DNA of 64,000 nucleotides from an uncultured Alphaproteobacteria bacterium (GTDB lineage Bacteria; Pseudomonadota; Alphaproteobacteria; RF32; CAG-239): NCBI GenBank assembly GCA_944391345.1, contig CALXTE010000001.1, positions 109,976 to 173,975 of the forward strand, read 5' to 3'. Shown piece by piece: positions 55,645 to 64,000 of this stretch (position 1 is its first letter; each line of letters starts with the position of its first letter). The notes under the pieces were generated by a model. It saw only the letters and a program-made list of their open reading frames with translations, ran no database searches and was not told where the DNA came from. The position numbers and the translations under genes were made by a program.

Positions 55645-57624
55645 ATGCTGATGAACGGATACAAAAAAGAACAAAACATGGCAAATGCCATTAGGTTTTT
55701 GAGCGCCGATGCCATAGAAAAAGCAAAATCCGGCCACCCCGGAATGCCTTTGGGAATGGCCGATGTCGCCACGGTTTTGTTCAGCCGTTATATCAAAATC
55801 AATCCCCAAGACGGCAAATGGTTCAATCGTGACCGTTTTGTTTTGTCGGCCGGTCATGGATCCATGCTTTTATATTCATTATTTTATTTGCTGGGCTATA
55901 AAGATATAGATATAGAAGATATAAAAAACTTTCGCCAACTGGGATCAAAAACGGCCGGTCATCCGGAATACGGCCATCTTGAGGGAATTGACATGACCAC
56001 CGGCCCGTTGGGGCAGGGCATAACCACAGCAGTCGGCATGGCGCTGGCCGAAAGAGTGATGAATGCACGTTATGGCGACAAACTCTGCAATCATTATACC
56101 TATGTGATAAACGGCGATGGCTGCCTTATGGAAGGGATCTCGGAGGAGGCCATCTCTTTGGCCGGACATTGGGGCTTAAACAAGCTCATTGTGTTCTGGG
56201 ATAATAACAATATCACGATTGACGGCAAGGTTTCTGACGCCAATTCAACCGACCAGATAAAAAGATTTAAGGCTTGCGGCTGGAACACCATTGAAATCGA
56301 CGGTCATAATTTCCGTGAAATAAATTGCGCAATTAAGATGGCGCAAAAATCTCATAAGCCAACGCTGATTGCCTGCAAGACCAAAATCGGCAAAGGCGCA
56401 CCAACCAAATGCGGCACCTCAAAATGCCACGGCTCACCGCTCGGAGAAGAAGAGCTAAAATTAATGCGCCAACAGTTAAATTGGAATTATGAACCTTTTG
56501 AAGTCCCGCAAGAGATATTGTCCGACTGGCGTCAAGCCGGAAAAAGAAGCCTTGAAGAATATAACACATGGCAAGAGACCGCCCAAAAAGCCGGTAAAGA
56601 ATTTTTAGACATCATAAACAATAAACTGCCGACCAATTGGGACAAAGAGCTTAATGCCTTGAAGGAAGAAAGCATTAAAAACAAAACCAAAGTCGCCACC
56701 AGAAAAGCCTCAGAAATGTGCTTGGAAAAAATCGTTCCACACATTCCGGAAATCATCGGTGGTTCGGCAGATTTGGCCGCCTCAAACCTCACCTTTGTCA
56801 AAGGCATGAAAACCATTACCGCAAAGGATTATAACGGCAATAACATCATGTACGGCATAAGAGAACATGCCATGGCTGCTATCATGAACGGACTTGCCTT
56901 GCATGGCGGAATAATTCCTTACGGCGGAACATTTTTCGTCTTTTCGGATTATATGCGTCCGGCTATGAGATTATCGGCCTTAATGGGCTTGCGGGTGATT
57001 TATGTTTTGACTCACGATTCGATTGGCGTCGGAGAAGACGGGCCGACCCATCAACCGATTGAACATCTGGCGTCTTATCGAGCCATGCCGAATATCTTAA
57101 CCTTCCGTCCTTGTGATGTTGTTGAAACGGCCGAAGCATGGCAATGCGCCTTAAATAGTGAACATGAGCCAAGCATTTTGGCACTCAGTCGTCAAAATCT
57201 GCCTTTGCTGAGAACCGATAGCTCTGAAAACAAAACGGCTAAAGGCGGCTATGTCATTGCCGGTAATGATAAAAACAGACAGGCTACGATTTTAGCAACA
57301 GGATCAGAAGTTTCTATCGCGGTTGAGGCCATGGAACAGCTCAAACAAGAAGGCATAGAAACGGCAGTTGTTTCTCTGCCTTGCTGGGAATTATTTGATG
57401 AGCAAAGCCAAAGTTACAAAGATGAAGTCTTGGGTCAAGCGCCGCGTGTAGCTATTGAGGCAGCATCAGCCTTTGGCTGGGAACGCTATGTCGGAGAACA
57501 TGGTGCCATAATCGCCATGAACGGATTCGGTGCTTCCGGACCGGCAAACAAACTTTATGAACATTTTGGCCTGACTGCCGAGGCGATAGTCAAAGCCGTC
57601 AAAGCAAAAATCAATAAAAAATAA
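55645..57624 (+). CDS. tkt: Transketolase
   Basis: SGHPG, ThDP motif GDGCLMEG, and THDSIGVGEDGPTHQP. SD aggag lies 6 nt upstream of 55645; an alternative ATG is at 55678. Confidence 0.95.
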   Translation: MLMNGYKKEQNMANAIRFLSADAIEKAKSGHPGMPLGMADVATVLFSRYIKINPQDGKWFNRDRFVLSAGHGSMLLYSLFYLLGYKDIDIEDIKNFRQLGSKTAGHPEYGHLEGIDMTTGPLGQGITTAVGMALAERVMNARYGDKLCNHYTYVINGDGCLMEGISEEAISLAGHWGLNKLIVFWDNNNITIDGKVSDANSTDQIKRFKACGWNTIEIDGHNFREINCAIKMAQKSHKPTLIACKTKIGKGAPTKCGTSKCHGSPLGEEELKLMRQQLNWNYEPFEVPQEILSDWRQAGKRSLEEYNTWQETAQKAGKEFLDIINNKLPTNWDKELNALKEESIKNKTKVATRKASEMCLEKIVPHIPEIIGGSADLAASNLTFVKGMKTITAKDYNGNNIMYGIREHAMAAIMNGLALHGGIIPYGGTFFVFSDYMRPAMRLSALMGLRVIYVLTHDSIGVGEDGPTHQPIEHLASYRAMPNILTFRPCDVVETAEAWQCALNSEHEPSILALSRQNLPLLRTDSSENKTAKGGYVIAGNDKNRQATILATGSEVSIAVEAMEQLKQEGIETAVVSLPCWELFDEQSQSYKDEVLGQAPRVAIEAASAFGWERYVGEHGAIIAMNGFGASGPANKLYEHFGLTAEAIVKAVKAKINKK

Positions 57625-57634
57625 TACAACAAGC

Positions 57635-57682
57635 AAAAGCTCCCGAAAATTGTGATTACAATTTTCAGGAGCTTTTGTTTTT
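57635..57682 (+). terminator. Long hairpin terminator after tkt
   Basis: 19-bp stem aaaagctcccgaaaattgt / acaattttcaggagctttt (1 mismatch) followed by a T-rich tail. Confidence 0.6.
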
Positions 57683-58511
57683 AAAGAGCCGGTTTCAACC
57701 GACATAATCTCGATAGGACATAGACTGAATCCTTCAAGGCTTCGCTAAAGCTTCGAGGTGCTGTCAAATACAGATAATCGGTATTATCAACACCATAAGC
57801 CAAAGACATCGGCTTTTTCAAACTCAGCAATTCCTTGCAGCGTTTGAGCAGGCTTGGCAGCACAATCGGCTTTTCATAATAGATATCTTTATGACGGTTC
57901 CGATTAAGCAACATTCCATGGCTTTGACAGACAACCAAGAGCATGTCGGCAAATGTCCGTTCAAGCATTCCTTGACGATTGTCATACCAAACATCATAAC
58001 TCTTAAAATCCATTCCCACACACACAATCTGCTTAGGATTATATTCATTGCGGAAGACGGAAGAATAAGTTTTTTGCTTCAGACCGACATATTTGTCAAA
58101 GAATGAAAAACGATTGCCATCAACATACAGCGCGCCATTTTCAACCAACGCTCCCAAGCGTTTAATTTGGCAGTCGGCGCCTATTGTATAGTAGCAATCA
58201 CCCTCATAGGATTTCATGCGCTTGCCATTTTGATATTCACCACTGCATTTTCCTGAAGGATAAAGCAAATGTCCGCTTTTTACACTAATGGAACGCACAT
58301 GAGAAACCAACACCTCCAATGTCGGAAAACTAAGAATCATACTCATTTTTGTTTCCGGACAATAAAGAACCGCCAGGTTGCGAAAGGTCCAAAACTCACC
58401 TTTTTCAACATGGGTTTCAATTCCGCCAATCTCTTTTGAAGTCACTTTCAGAACTGCTGTTCCGTTTTGAATAATTTTTTCCATAAATATATTATATATT
58501 AAATTTGACAT
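57681..58511 (-). CDS. Hypothetical protein (276 aa)
   Basis: Long ORF; no motif recognised. Confidence 0.55.
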   Translation of the reverse strand: MSNLIYNIFMEKIIQNGTAVLKVTSKEIGGIETHVEKGEFWTFRNLAVLYCPETKMSMILSFPTLEVLVSHVRSISVKSGHLLYPSGKCSGEYQNGKRMKSYEGDCYYTIGADCQIKRLGALVENGALYVDGNRFSFFDKYVGLKQKTYSSVFRNEYNPKQIVCVGMDFKSYDVWYDNRQGMLERTFADMLLVVCQSHGMLLNRNRHKDIYYEKPIVLPSLLKRCKELLSLKKPMSLAYGVDNTDYLYLTAPRSFSEALKDSVYVLSRLCRLKPAL

Positions 58512-58734
58512 AAAAATAAATTCTCAAATTCAAAGAATACACTATTTTGGACAAAAGTCAAGCATTTTACACAAAAAAATACACTGCCACGCGTGTGAAC
58601 AGTGTATTTAAACCCCAAGACGATTAAAACGCGAGCATATAGGATGATGTCTTTGCAAACTCTCTATCACCAACACGAATAAGACTATCTTCCAATCTAA
58701 AATGAAAAATAGCACTGGTTTTTCATCTATCAAA

Positions 58735-58763
58735 CAAAAAAAAGAAGCCGCAAACGCGGCTTC
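58735..58763 (-). terminator. Rho-independent terminator after rbfA
   Basis: Stem gaagccgc / gcggcttc with a T-run on the minus strand. Confidence 0.6.
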
Positions 58764-58781
58764 TTAAGCAATCACAAAGCG

Positions 58782-59171
58782 TTATTCTTCATCATTTTTA
58801 GCCAAATCTCGCGCCACTTTCGGGTCTCGCAAAAGCTTTTCGATTTTATCAACTTCCTCAAAACTTTTATCAATTCTAAAACTAAGCTCCGGCACATAAC
58901 GCAGCTCGGTCTTGGCCATAATCACTTTGCGCAAATAATTTGCCGCAAGCTGCAACCCGCCGATAACCTGCTGTTCAGCCTCTTTTGATGAGGTAATGAT
59001 ATAAACGGAAGCATACTTCAAATCCGGAGAAACCTTAACTTCCATAACCGTGACAAGGGTATTAATTCCTTGCAGATTGCGAATTTCATCACGTTCTATT
59101 TGCTTGGCAATAATTTTCTTAATTTCCTGCCCGACACGCAGCTGCCGCTGAGAAGGTTCTTTTTCAGCCAT
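58782..59171 (-). CDS. rbfA: Ribosome-binding factor A
   Basis: MAEKEPSQRQLRVGQEIKKIIA... is a typical RbfA N-terminus. SD aggag lies 7 nt upstream of the ATG at 59171. Confidence 0.85.
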   Translation of the reverse strand: MAEKEPSQRQLRVGQEIKKIIAKQIERDEIRNLQGINTLVTVMEVKVSPDLKYASVYIITSSKEAEQQVIGGLQLAANYLRKVIMAKTELRYVPELSFRIDKSFEEVDKIEKLLRDPKVARDLAKNDEE

Positions 59172-59297
59172 AAAACATCTCCTAAAACAAAATCTAGCGC
59201 GACTATAGCACGAAAACGCCGTAAAATCAAGAAAAAACAAACGGCAGACAAAGAGAAAATCTCTCTGCCAGCCGCTTTTGTTGCTTTCTGAAACAAA

Positions 59298-62096
59298 CTA
59301 TTTTCTTTCGGTTTTATCCATTGGCAACGGTTCTTTTGATCCGCTGTTGAACAAAATAGCCTCACTGATAGCCGTATTCTTGACCGGAATATCCGTAATC
59401 TGCTTACCGCAAATCTCAAGTCCGACACTCTTAAGAGCCGTCGCAATCGGCAAGAACAAGTCTGTATTTTCACCGCTGGCACCAGAGTGAGCAAATCCGG
59501 TGATCGTACCGTCTTTATCAATCAAAGCACCACCCAGCGTAATATTTTGAACATAAGTATCAAGCAAGATTTCCGTACCTCTGTTCTCGCTGTAACGATA
59601 TCCTTTAATCTTACCGGAATCTTCCAGATAACCTTCACCGGTATCAAAGTCAAGAATACCAAGGCTCATATAAGTCTTTTGGCTAATCGGCGGCAACGAC
59701 AAATTGAGTGACAACGGCGTATAATCCGTCTTTCTGTCAAGATAGAGCAGAGCCGTATTCTTATCAGGATTAATTCTAACCGCATAACCGGTAAATTGAC
59801 CACCATTAATTGTGCGCAGATTATAACTGTTGTTATCTTTGGTAATCAAGTCGGCAGAAGTCAAAACAAATTGATCCGAAACAATCAGACCGGCACCTTC
59901 TTTACCATTGGCATTGGTAATTGAGATAATAGAAGTACGAACCTTATAAACATCTTCGGCAGAAAGCGGGATGGCATAAGGTGCTCGCTCAATAATGCAG
60001 AGCATATTCTGAGCTTCGATAGCATTTTTATCATCAATCGGCACATTAACCCAAGTTTCTTTGCTCAAAGAACCACTGGCCTTAACGCCACCGTCTTCTT
60101 CAATGCTAACCGGAATCTTGCACATCTTTTCATCTTCATCACAACAGGTATTAAAGATGCTGTCACACTTATCGCAAGGTTCATTAAGCTTGTTGTCTTC
60201 ACAACCGCCATAAAATTTATTCGGCTCACATCCGCCATAAATCTTATTATTGCAGTCGCAATCCGGCCCAAACAACGTCATGTTATTACACGGCGTTGCC
60301 GGAGCATCTGAAGTCAGTGCGGCAATCGGGGCCGCAACGGCAGCAATCGGCGCACCAACTACGGCTAATAATGGAGAAACGCCTTCACTGTCTTTAACGT
60401 CTTTTGAATAACGCTCATCAGATGGAACCGGACTCATGCTGGGATCAAGCGGCTCAGGCGCAGCTTCTTTACTCAACAAAATATCTGCGGGTTCAGCAAC
60501 CGGTTGCTCTGTAACAACCGTTTCCTCAACCACGGTTTCTTCCAAATCAAGACCGTTCAAAACAGTTGGCTGAGCTTCTGTTGTTGGTTGTGGCGCCGGC
60601 GCAGACATCATTTTCGGCGCCGGAGCAGGCATCGGAGCCGGTTGAGGCATTGGAGCTGGAGCCGATTGTGGAGCCGGCATCGGAGCCGGTTGCGGTGTCG
60701 GAAGCGGTGGAACCGGTGTAAGCGCAGAACCAACTTCTGGCTGTTTATTTTCTAACGGGATCAACGGTTGCTCTGCTTTTTGAGGAACAACCGGACTTGG
60801 CATAACCGGTTTATCATCAGGCGTATAAACATATTTTGTAACACTGTTTTTACGAGCTTCGTGATCAGTATATTGACACTTAATCGGGTTATGAGCTTTT
60901 TCGTTTTCAATATACTGAATCCGCTGGCTTTCTTTTTCGGCAGATGTAAAGCGGTGAGAAACAACCTTCAAGAAAGCCGGATGACTACGCAGATTGTTAG
61001 CAGCATCGGCAAAAGCTTTTTCTACCAACAAGACCTCGCCGTTAGGCTCGCCACGCATCAAATCAGCATAACCGTCAGTCTCGCCGGACCAATAAATAAC
61101 TTCGCGGTTAATATCGGTAACCGTCCATTTAACCGTAATTTCCGAAGACCCGATACGGCTGTTTTCCATAATGGCTTCATCCCAATTATACTTATCACAA
61201 ATATTCATAAAATAATTGGTAATCTCAGCCGTAATCAAATATTCGGGCAAGGGGCTCGGTGTTTCTTCAATACAAACATCATCAGGAATTTTAACAATAT
61301 TAAAGCAGTCTTTAAGTTGATTATCAAAAACGGAAATAAGACGCATATTGCTTTCCATCAACCGCCCTTGGTTCAAAATCGCCTCTTTGGTAAAACGACG
61401 ACAACCAAAAATACGGAATCGATAATTTCCAAGCTTTTGCATCAAAGGCCCGTTAATATCTTCATCATTGAGCTTAAAATCAACCCATTCTAACTGGATA
61501 GGCGCATATTGTCCGCATTTTCCATGAATTTTATCATAAGCACTGGCACTTGGACGAACAACATAATTCTGCACAAAGTTATAGCGCACAACTTCTTTAA
61601 CCTTAGCTTTTTGGGGCGCCTGCTGTTTGGCCTTGCATTTTTGAGGATTAAGAGTGCAAGCCGAAGGCTGAACGGAAACTTTTTTATCGCAAAGAACAGG
61701 GTCATTGCCACAACCTTGCCCTGGAAAGATACTGTTATCTTGCCCGCCGTTCGCTTCACAGCAAGTACCGCCGAAAATACTACCGTCACGATAAGTCTTG
61801 CCTGTAACCGTTACTACCGGAATATTTGCCGCTTTTTCGGCCGGTTGAGGATTCAAAGCCTCTTTGCGTTGCTGAATACGCGTTGTAACTTCACCAGCAT
61901 ATTTTGTGCTTTTCTGATCAAAAAAGCCCATGCTCGGACTTACACCGGCATATTCGGTCCGAATTTCTATTTCTCCGTTGCCATAAGCATTATTATCATA
62001 TTGAGAAGCCCAAGAAGACCTCAACGCCACGGCACTTACGCTCAATGCCCAAACAGAATAGGCTAACGGCTTGAAATAGTTATTTATTTTCATCAA
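59298..62096 (-). CDS. Large secreted protein with Pro-rich linker, Cys-rich segment and degenerate trypsin-like (S1C-like) C-domain
   Basis: Signal peptide ...ALRSSWA. PAPMPAP low complexity. CDCNNKIYGGCEPNKFYGGCEDNK Cys-rich repeats. The C-terminal GAGLIVSDQFVLTSADLI ... NITLGGALIDKDGTITGF aligns with DegP-type GSGVII..VVTNNHVV ... GNSGGALVN. Confidence 0.7.
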   Translation of the reverse strand: MMKINNYFKPLAYSVWALSVSAVALRSSWASQYDNNAYGNGEIEIRTEYAGVSPSMGFFDQKSTKYAGEVTTRIQQRKEALNPQPAEKAANIPVVTVTGKTYRDGSIFGGTCCEANGGQDNSIFPGQGCGNDPVLCDKKVSVQPSACTLNPQKCKAKQQAPQKAKVKEVVRYNFVQNYVVRPSASAYDKIHGKCGQYAPIQLEWVDFKLNDEDINGPLMQKLGNYRFRIFGCRRFTKEAILNQGRLMESNMRLISVFDNQLKDCFNIVKIPDDVCIEETPSPLPEYLITAEITNYFMNICDKYNWDEAIMENSRIGSSEITVKWTVTDINREVIYWSGETDGYADLMRGEPNGEVLLVEKAFADAANNLRSHPAFLKVVSHRFTSAEKESQRIQYIENEKAHNPIKCQYTDHEARKNSVTKYVYTPDDKPVMPSPVVPQKAEQPLIPLENKQPEVGSALTPVPPLPTPQPAPMPAPQSAPAPMPQPAPMPAPAPKMMSAPAPQPTTEAQPTVLNGLDLEETVVEETVVTEQPVAEPADILLSKEAAPEPLDPSMSPVPSDERYSKDVKDSEGVSPLLAVVGAPIAAVAAPIAALTSDAPATPCNNMTLFGPDCDCNNKIYGGCEPNKFYGGCEDNKLNEPCDKCDSIFNTCCDEDEKMCKIPVSIEEDGGVKASGSLSKETWVNVPIDDKNAIEAQNMLCIIERAPYAIPLSAEDVYKVRTSIISITNANGKEGAGLIVSDQFVLTSADLITKDNNSYNLRTINGGQFTGYAVRINPDKNTALLYLDRKTDYTPLSLNLSLPPISQKTYMSLGILDFDTGEGYLEDSGKIKGYRYSENRGTEILLDTYVQNITLGGALIDKDGTITGFAHSGASGENTDLFLPIATALKSVGLEICGKQITDIPVKNTAISEAILFNSGSKEPLPMDKTERK

Positions 62097-62106
62097 AAAT
62101 ACTCCA

Positions 62107-63630
62107 TCATTTTCTATAATGCGGCATCATACGACGGTATGACAAAGCTTCAGCTACATGCATTTTAAGCACTTTTTCATGATTTTGCAAGTCCGCAATT
62201 GTCCTTGCTAACCGCAAAATGCGATGATAAGCTCTGGCCGAGATTTTATTTTTATCGGCATAATTAATCAGCAACTTCTGGGCCTCATCATCTAATGCAA
62301 CGGCTTTGTCCAAAGCTTTTCCCTTTAAATCGGCATTTGTATGACAACCTTTAAGCCCCAAAGCTTTAAAACGTTCGCTTTGAATTTTTCTTGCCGCCAA
62401 AACGCGTTCACGAATTTGCGCCGAGGTTTCTCCTGCTTTGACCGAAGAAAGCTCCCATGGAGAAACGGCATGCATTTCTATCTGGATATCAATACGATCA
62501 AGCAAAGGACCCGAAATTTTAGACTGATATTCTGCAGCACAAAGCGGCGCTCGCGGGCATTCAAATTCCGGTGTTCCGAGATGTCCGCAACGACAAGGAT
62601 TCATTGCGGCGATAAGCTGCACTTTTGCCGGATAAGTCGTATGAGCATTAACGCGAGATATGGTGATTTTTCCGTTTTCCAAGGGTTGACGCAACGCTTC
62701 CAAAGTCGCACGATTAAACTCCGGCAACTCATCAAGAAACAAAACGCCGTTGTGAGCCAAAGAGATTTCCCCCGGTTCGGCACGACGCCCGCCACCGACC
62801 AAAGCCGGCGTTGAAGCATTGTGGTGCGGCGCACGAAACGGACGCGAAAAACATAACATACCGCCCTTAAGCTCACCGGCAATCGAATGAATAATACTGG
62901 TTTCAAGAGCCTCTTCAGGTGTTAGCGGCGGCAAAATCCCCGGCAGTCTGGCAGCCAACATAGACTTACCTGACCCCGGAGGCCCAATCATAAGCATATT
63001 ATGCCCGCCGGCCGCGGCAATTTCAAGGGCACGTTTGGCACTTTCTTGACCTTTAACATCTGCCATATCGGGATAAACATTATTTTCGGGCATTTGCTGT
63101 TTAATCGGCTGAGGAATCAGTTGTGTTCCTTTGAAATGATTGATAAGCTCAAGCAGATTATGAGGCGCCAAAATCTCTTTAATGCCGGACCACGCGGCTT
63201 CCGAGCCTTGCTCTGCCGGACAAACCAACCCTTTGTTAAGCCGATTAGCATGAATAGCCGCCGGAAGAATACCGTTTACCGGCAAAATAGAAGCATCAAG
63301 CCCAAGCTCACCAAGCACGATATAGTTGTCTACTTCCTCCAAAGGAATAATCCCCAGACAAGAGATAATACCAAGCGCCACCGGCAAATCATAATGAGAC
63401 CCTTCTTTGAGCAAATCTGCCGGTGCAAGATTAATTGTCACTCTCTTTGCCGGAAAACTTATTCCAATAGAATTAAGCGCCGCCCGCACACGTTCACGAC
63501 TTTCGGCCACGGCCTTATCCGGCAAGCCGACAATAGAAAATGCAGGCATTCCCGAAGAAATCTGAACCTGCAAATCCACATCTTGAGTATCCAAGCCATT
63601 AAAAGCAAGAGTATTAACGCGGCTAAGCAT
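62107..63630 (-). CDS. comM: YifB/ComM-family Mg-chelatase-like ATPase
   Basis: MLSRVNTLAFNG start, Walker A GPPGSGKS, Walker B LFLDEL. ATG 63630 is preferred over 63639. Confidence 0.88.
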   Translation of the reverse strand: MLSRVNTLAFNGLDTQDVDLQVQISSGMPAFSIVGLPDKAVAESRERVRAALNSIGISFPAKRVTINLAPADLLKEGSHYDLPVALGIISCLGIIPLEEVDNYIVLGELGLDASILPVNGILPAAIHANRLNKGLVCPAEQGSEAAWSGIKEILAPHNLLELINHFKGTQLIPQPIKQQMPENNVYPDMADVKGQESAKRALEIAAAGGHNMLMIGPPGSGKSMLAARLPGILPPLTPEEALETSIIHSIAGELKGGMLCFSRPFRAPHHNASTPALVGGGRRAEPGEISLAHNGVLFLDELPEFNRATLEALRQPLENGKITISRVNAHTTYPAKVQLIAAMNPCRCGHLGTPEFECPRAPLCAAEYQSKISGPLLDRIDIQIEMHAVSPWELSSVKAGETSAQIRERVLAARKIQSERFKALGLKGCHTNADLKGKALDKAVALDDEAQKLLINYADKNKISARAYHRILRLARTIADLQNHEKVLKMHVAEALSYRRMMPHYRK

Positions 63631-63632
63631 GG

Positions 63633-63980
63633 CTACCACCGCGGCGTACGCTCACCGTCACGCCAACGGCGAGTAGGATAAGTTCCGCGGTGCAAAAAGT
63701 CATAACTTGCAGTCTTATAAGGAATATCCCTATAACGAACATATCCTTTTCTTTCAAAAATCAAAGCACATTCTTCAGAACTTGTTGTCGGGGTCGAATA
63801 GCAATGAACAATATATTTGCTCATCGGATTAAGCAGGCTGATTTTGGTCGGCGTATTAACAAAACAAGGAGGCGCCGCCACATAATTAACCTTTCCCTCT
63901 TCGGGAAATTCCCAAAGAGAAGAACAAGCGCTCAAAACCAAAAGCAACGGAGCGATAAGAAAAATCCTGAACATGGCCAC
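63633..63980 (-). CDS. Small lipoprotein, unknown function
   Basis: Lipobox LSACS after a hydrophobic signal. Confidence 0.55.
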   Translation of the reverse strand: MAMFRIFLIAPLLLVLSACSSLWEFPEEGKVNYVAAPPCFVNTPTKISLLNPMSKYIVHCYSTPTTSSEECALIFERKGYVRYRDIPYKTASYDFLHRGTYPTRRWRDGERTPRW

Positions 63981-64000
63981 AATTCCGAAGATAATTTCAA

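Noticed and set aside
60504-60755. Periodic ggagccgg/ttg(c/a)gg repeats that could be mistaken for a tandem repeat or CRISPR-like array.
   Set aside because: The units are short and imperfect with no unique spacers. They simply encode the PAPMPAP proline-rich linker of the 932-aa protein on the minus strand.

Overview
This is an AT-rich proteobacterial chromosome segment. The gene content looks alphaproteobacterial: short-form Psd with a CDP-alcohol-type PssA, an NPIDVYVG-type XRE regulator and a VirB8 homologue. That suggests a Rickettsiales- or Holosporales-like intracellular lifestyle, but the taxon is inference only. Most of the window is housekeeping: ptsP (5' partial), rodZ-ispG-hisS-prfA, dnaE, nrdD/nrdG, pgpA, murI, two gpsA paralogues, psd-pssA, yfgM-like-bamB-der, tkt, rbfA, comM, tRNA-Val(GAC) and tRNA-Leu(UAA). 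Three visibly AT-richer accessory blocks interrupt it. (1) 6.7-12.0 kb holds two tandem APH-fold kinases and a 3.3-kb four-gene minus-strand cassette. The cassette encodes a candidate CE-clan Cys protease and an HExxH protein. It is bounded by perfect 115-bp direct repeats that duplicate the dnaE promoter, RBS and first 19 nt. (2) 27.6-29.4 kb is a 1.7-kb islet beside tRNA-Val, flanked by 25-bp direct repeats. It carries a 5'-decayed lysozyme-like gene translationally coupled to a secreted Cys-rich protein. (3) 37.4-44.6 kb abuts the 3' end of tRNA-Leu and is the best candidate for an undescribed system. It is a tight six-gene cassette: tandem AAA+ ATPase, PD-(D/E)xK protein, acidic protein, HTH-WYL-WCX regulator, PD-(D/E)xK fusion protein and a small protein. 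Other oddities are an nrdD whose glycyl-radical domain is a separate 66-aa ORF, a 932-aa secreted protein with a catalytically dead trypsin-like domain, an OMF lipoprotein fused to a cadherin-like domain, and a GC-rich structured leader ahead of a truncated XRE gene. No integrase, transposase, reverse transcriptase, cas gene or CRISPR array was seen in any frame. All functional calls rest on motif recognition by eye, with no searches run.
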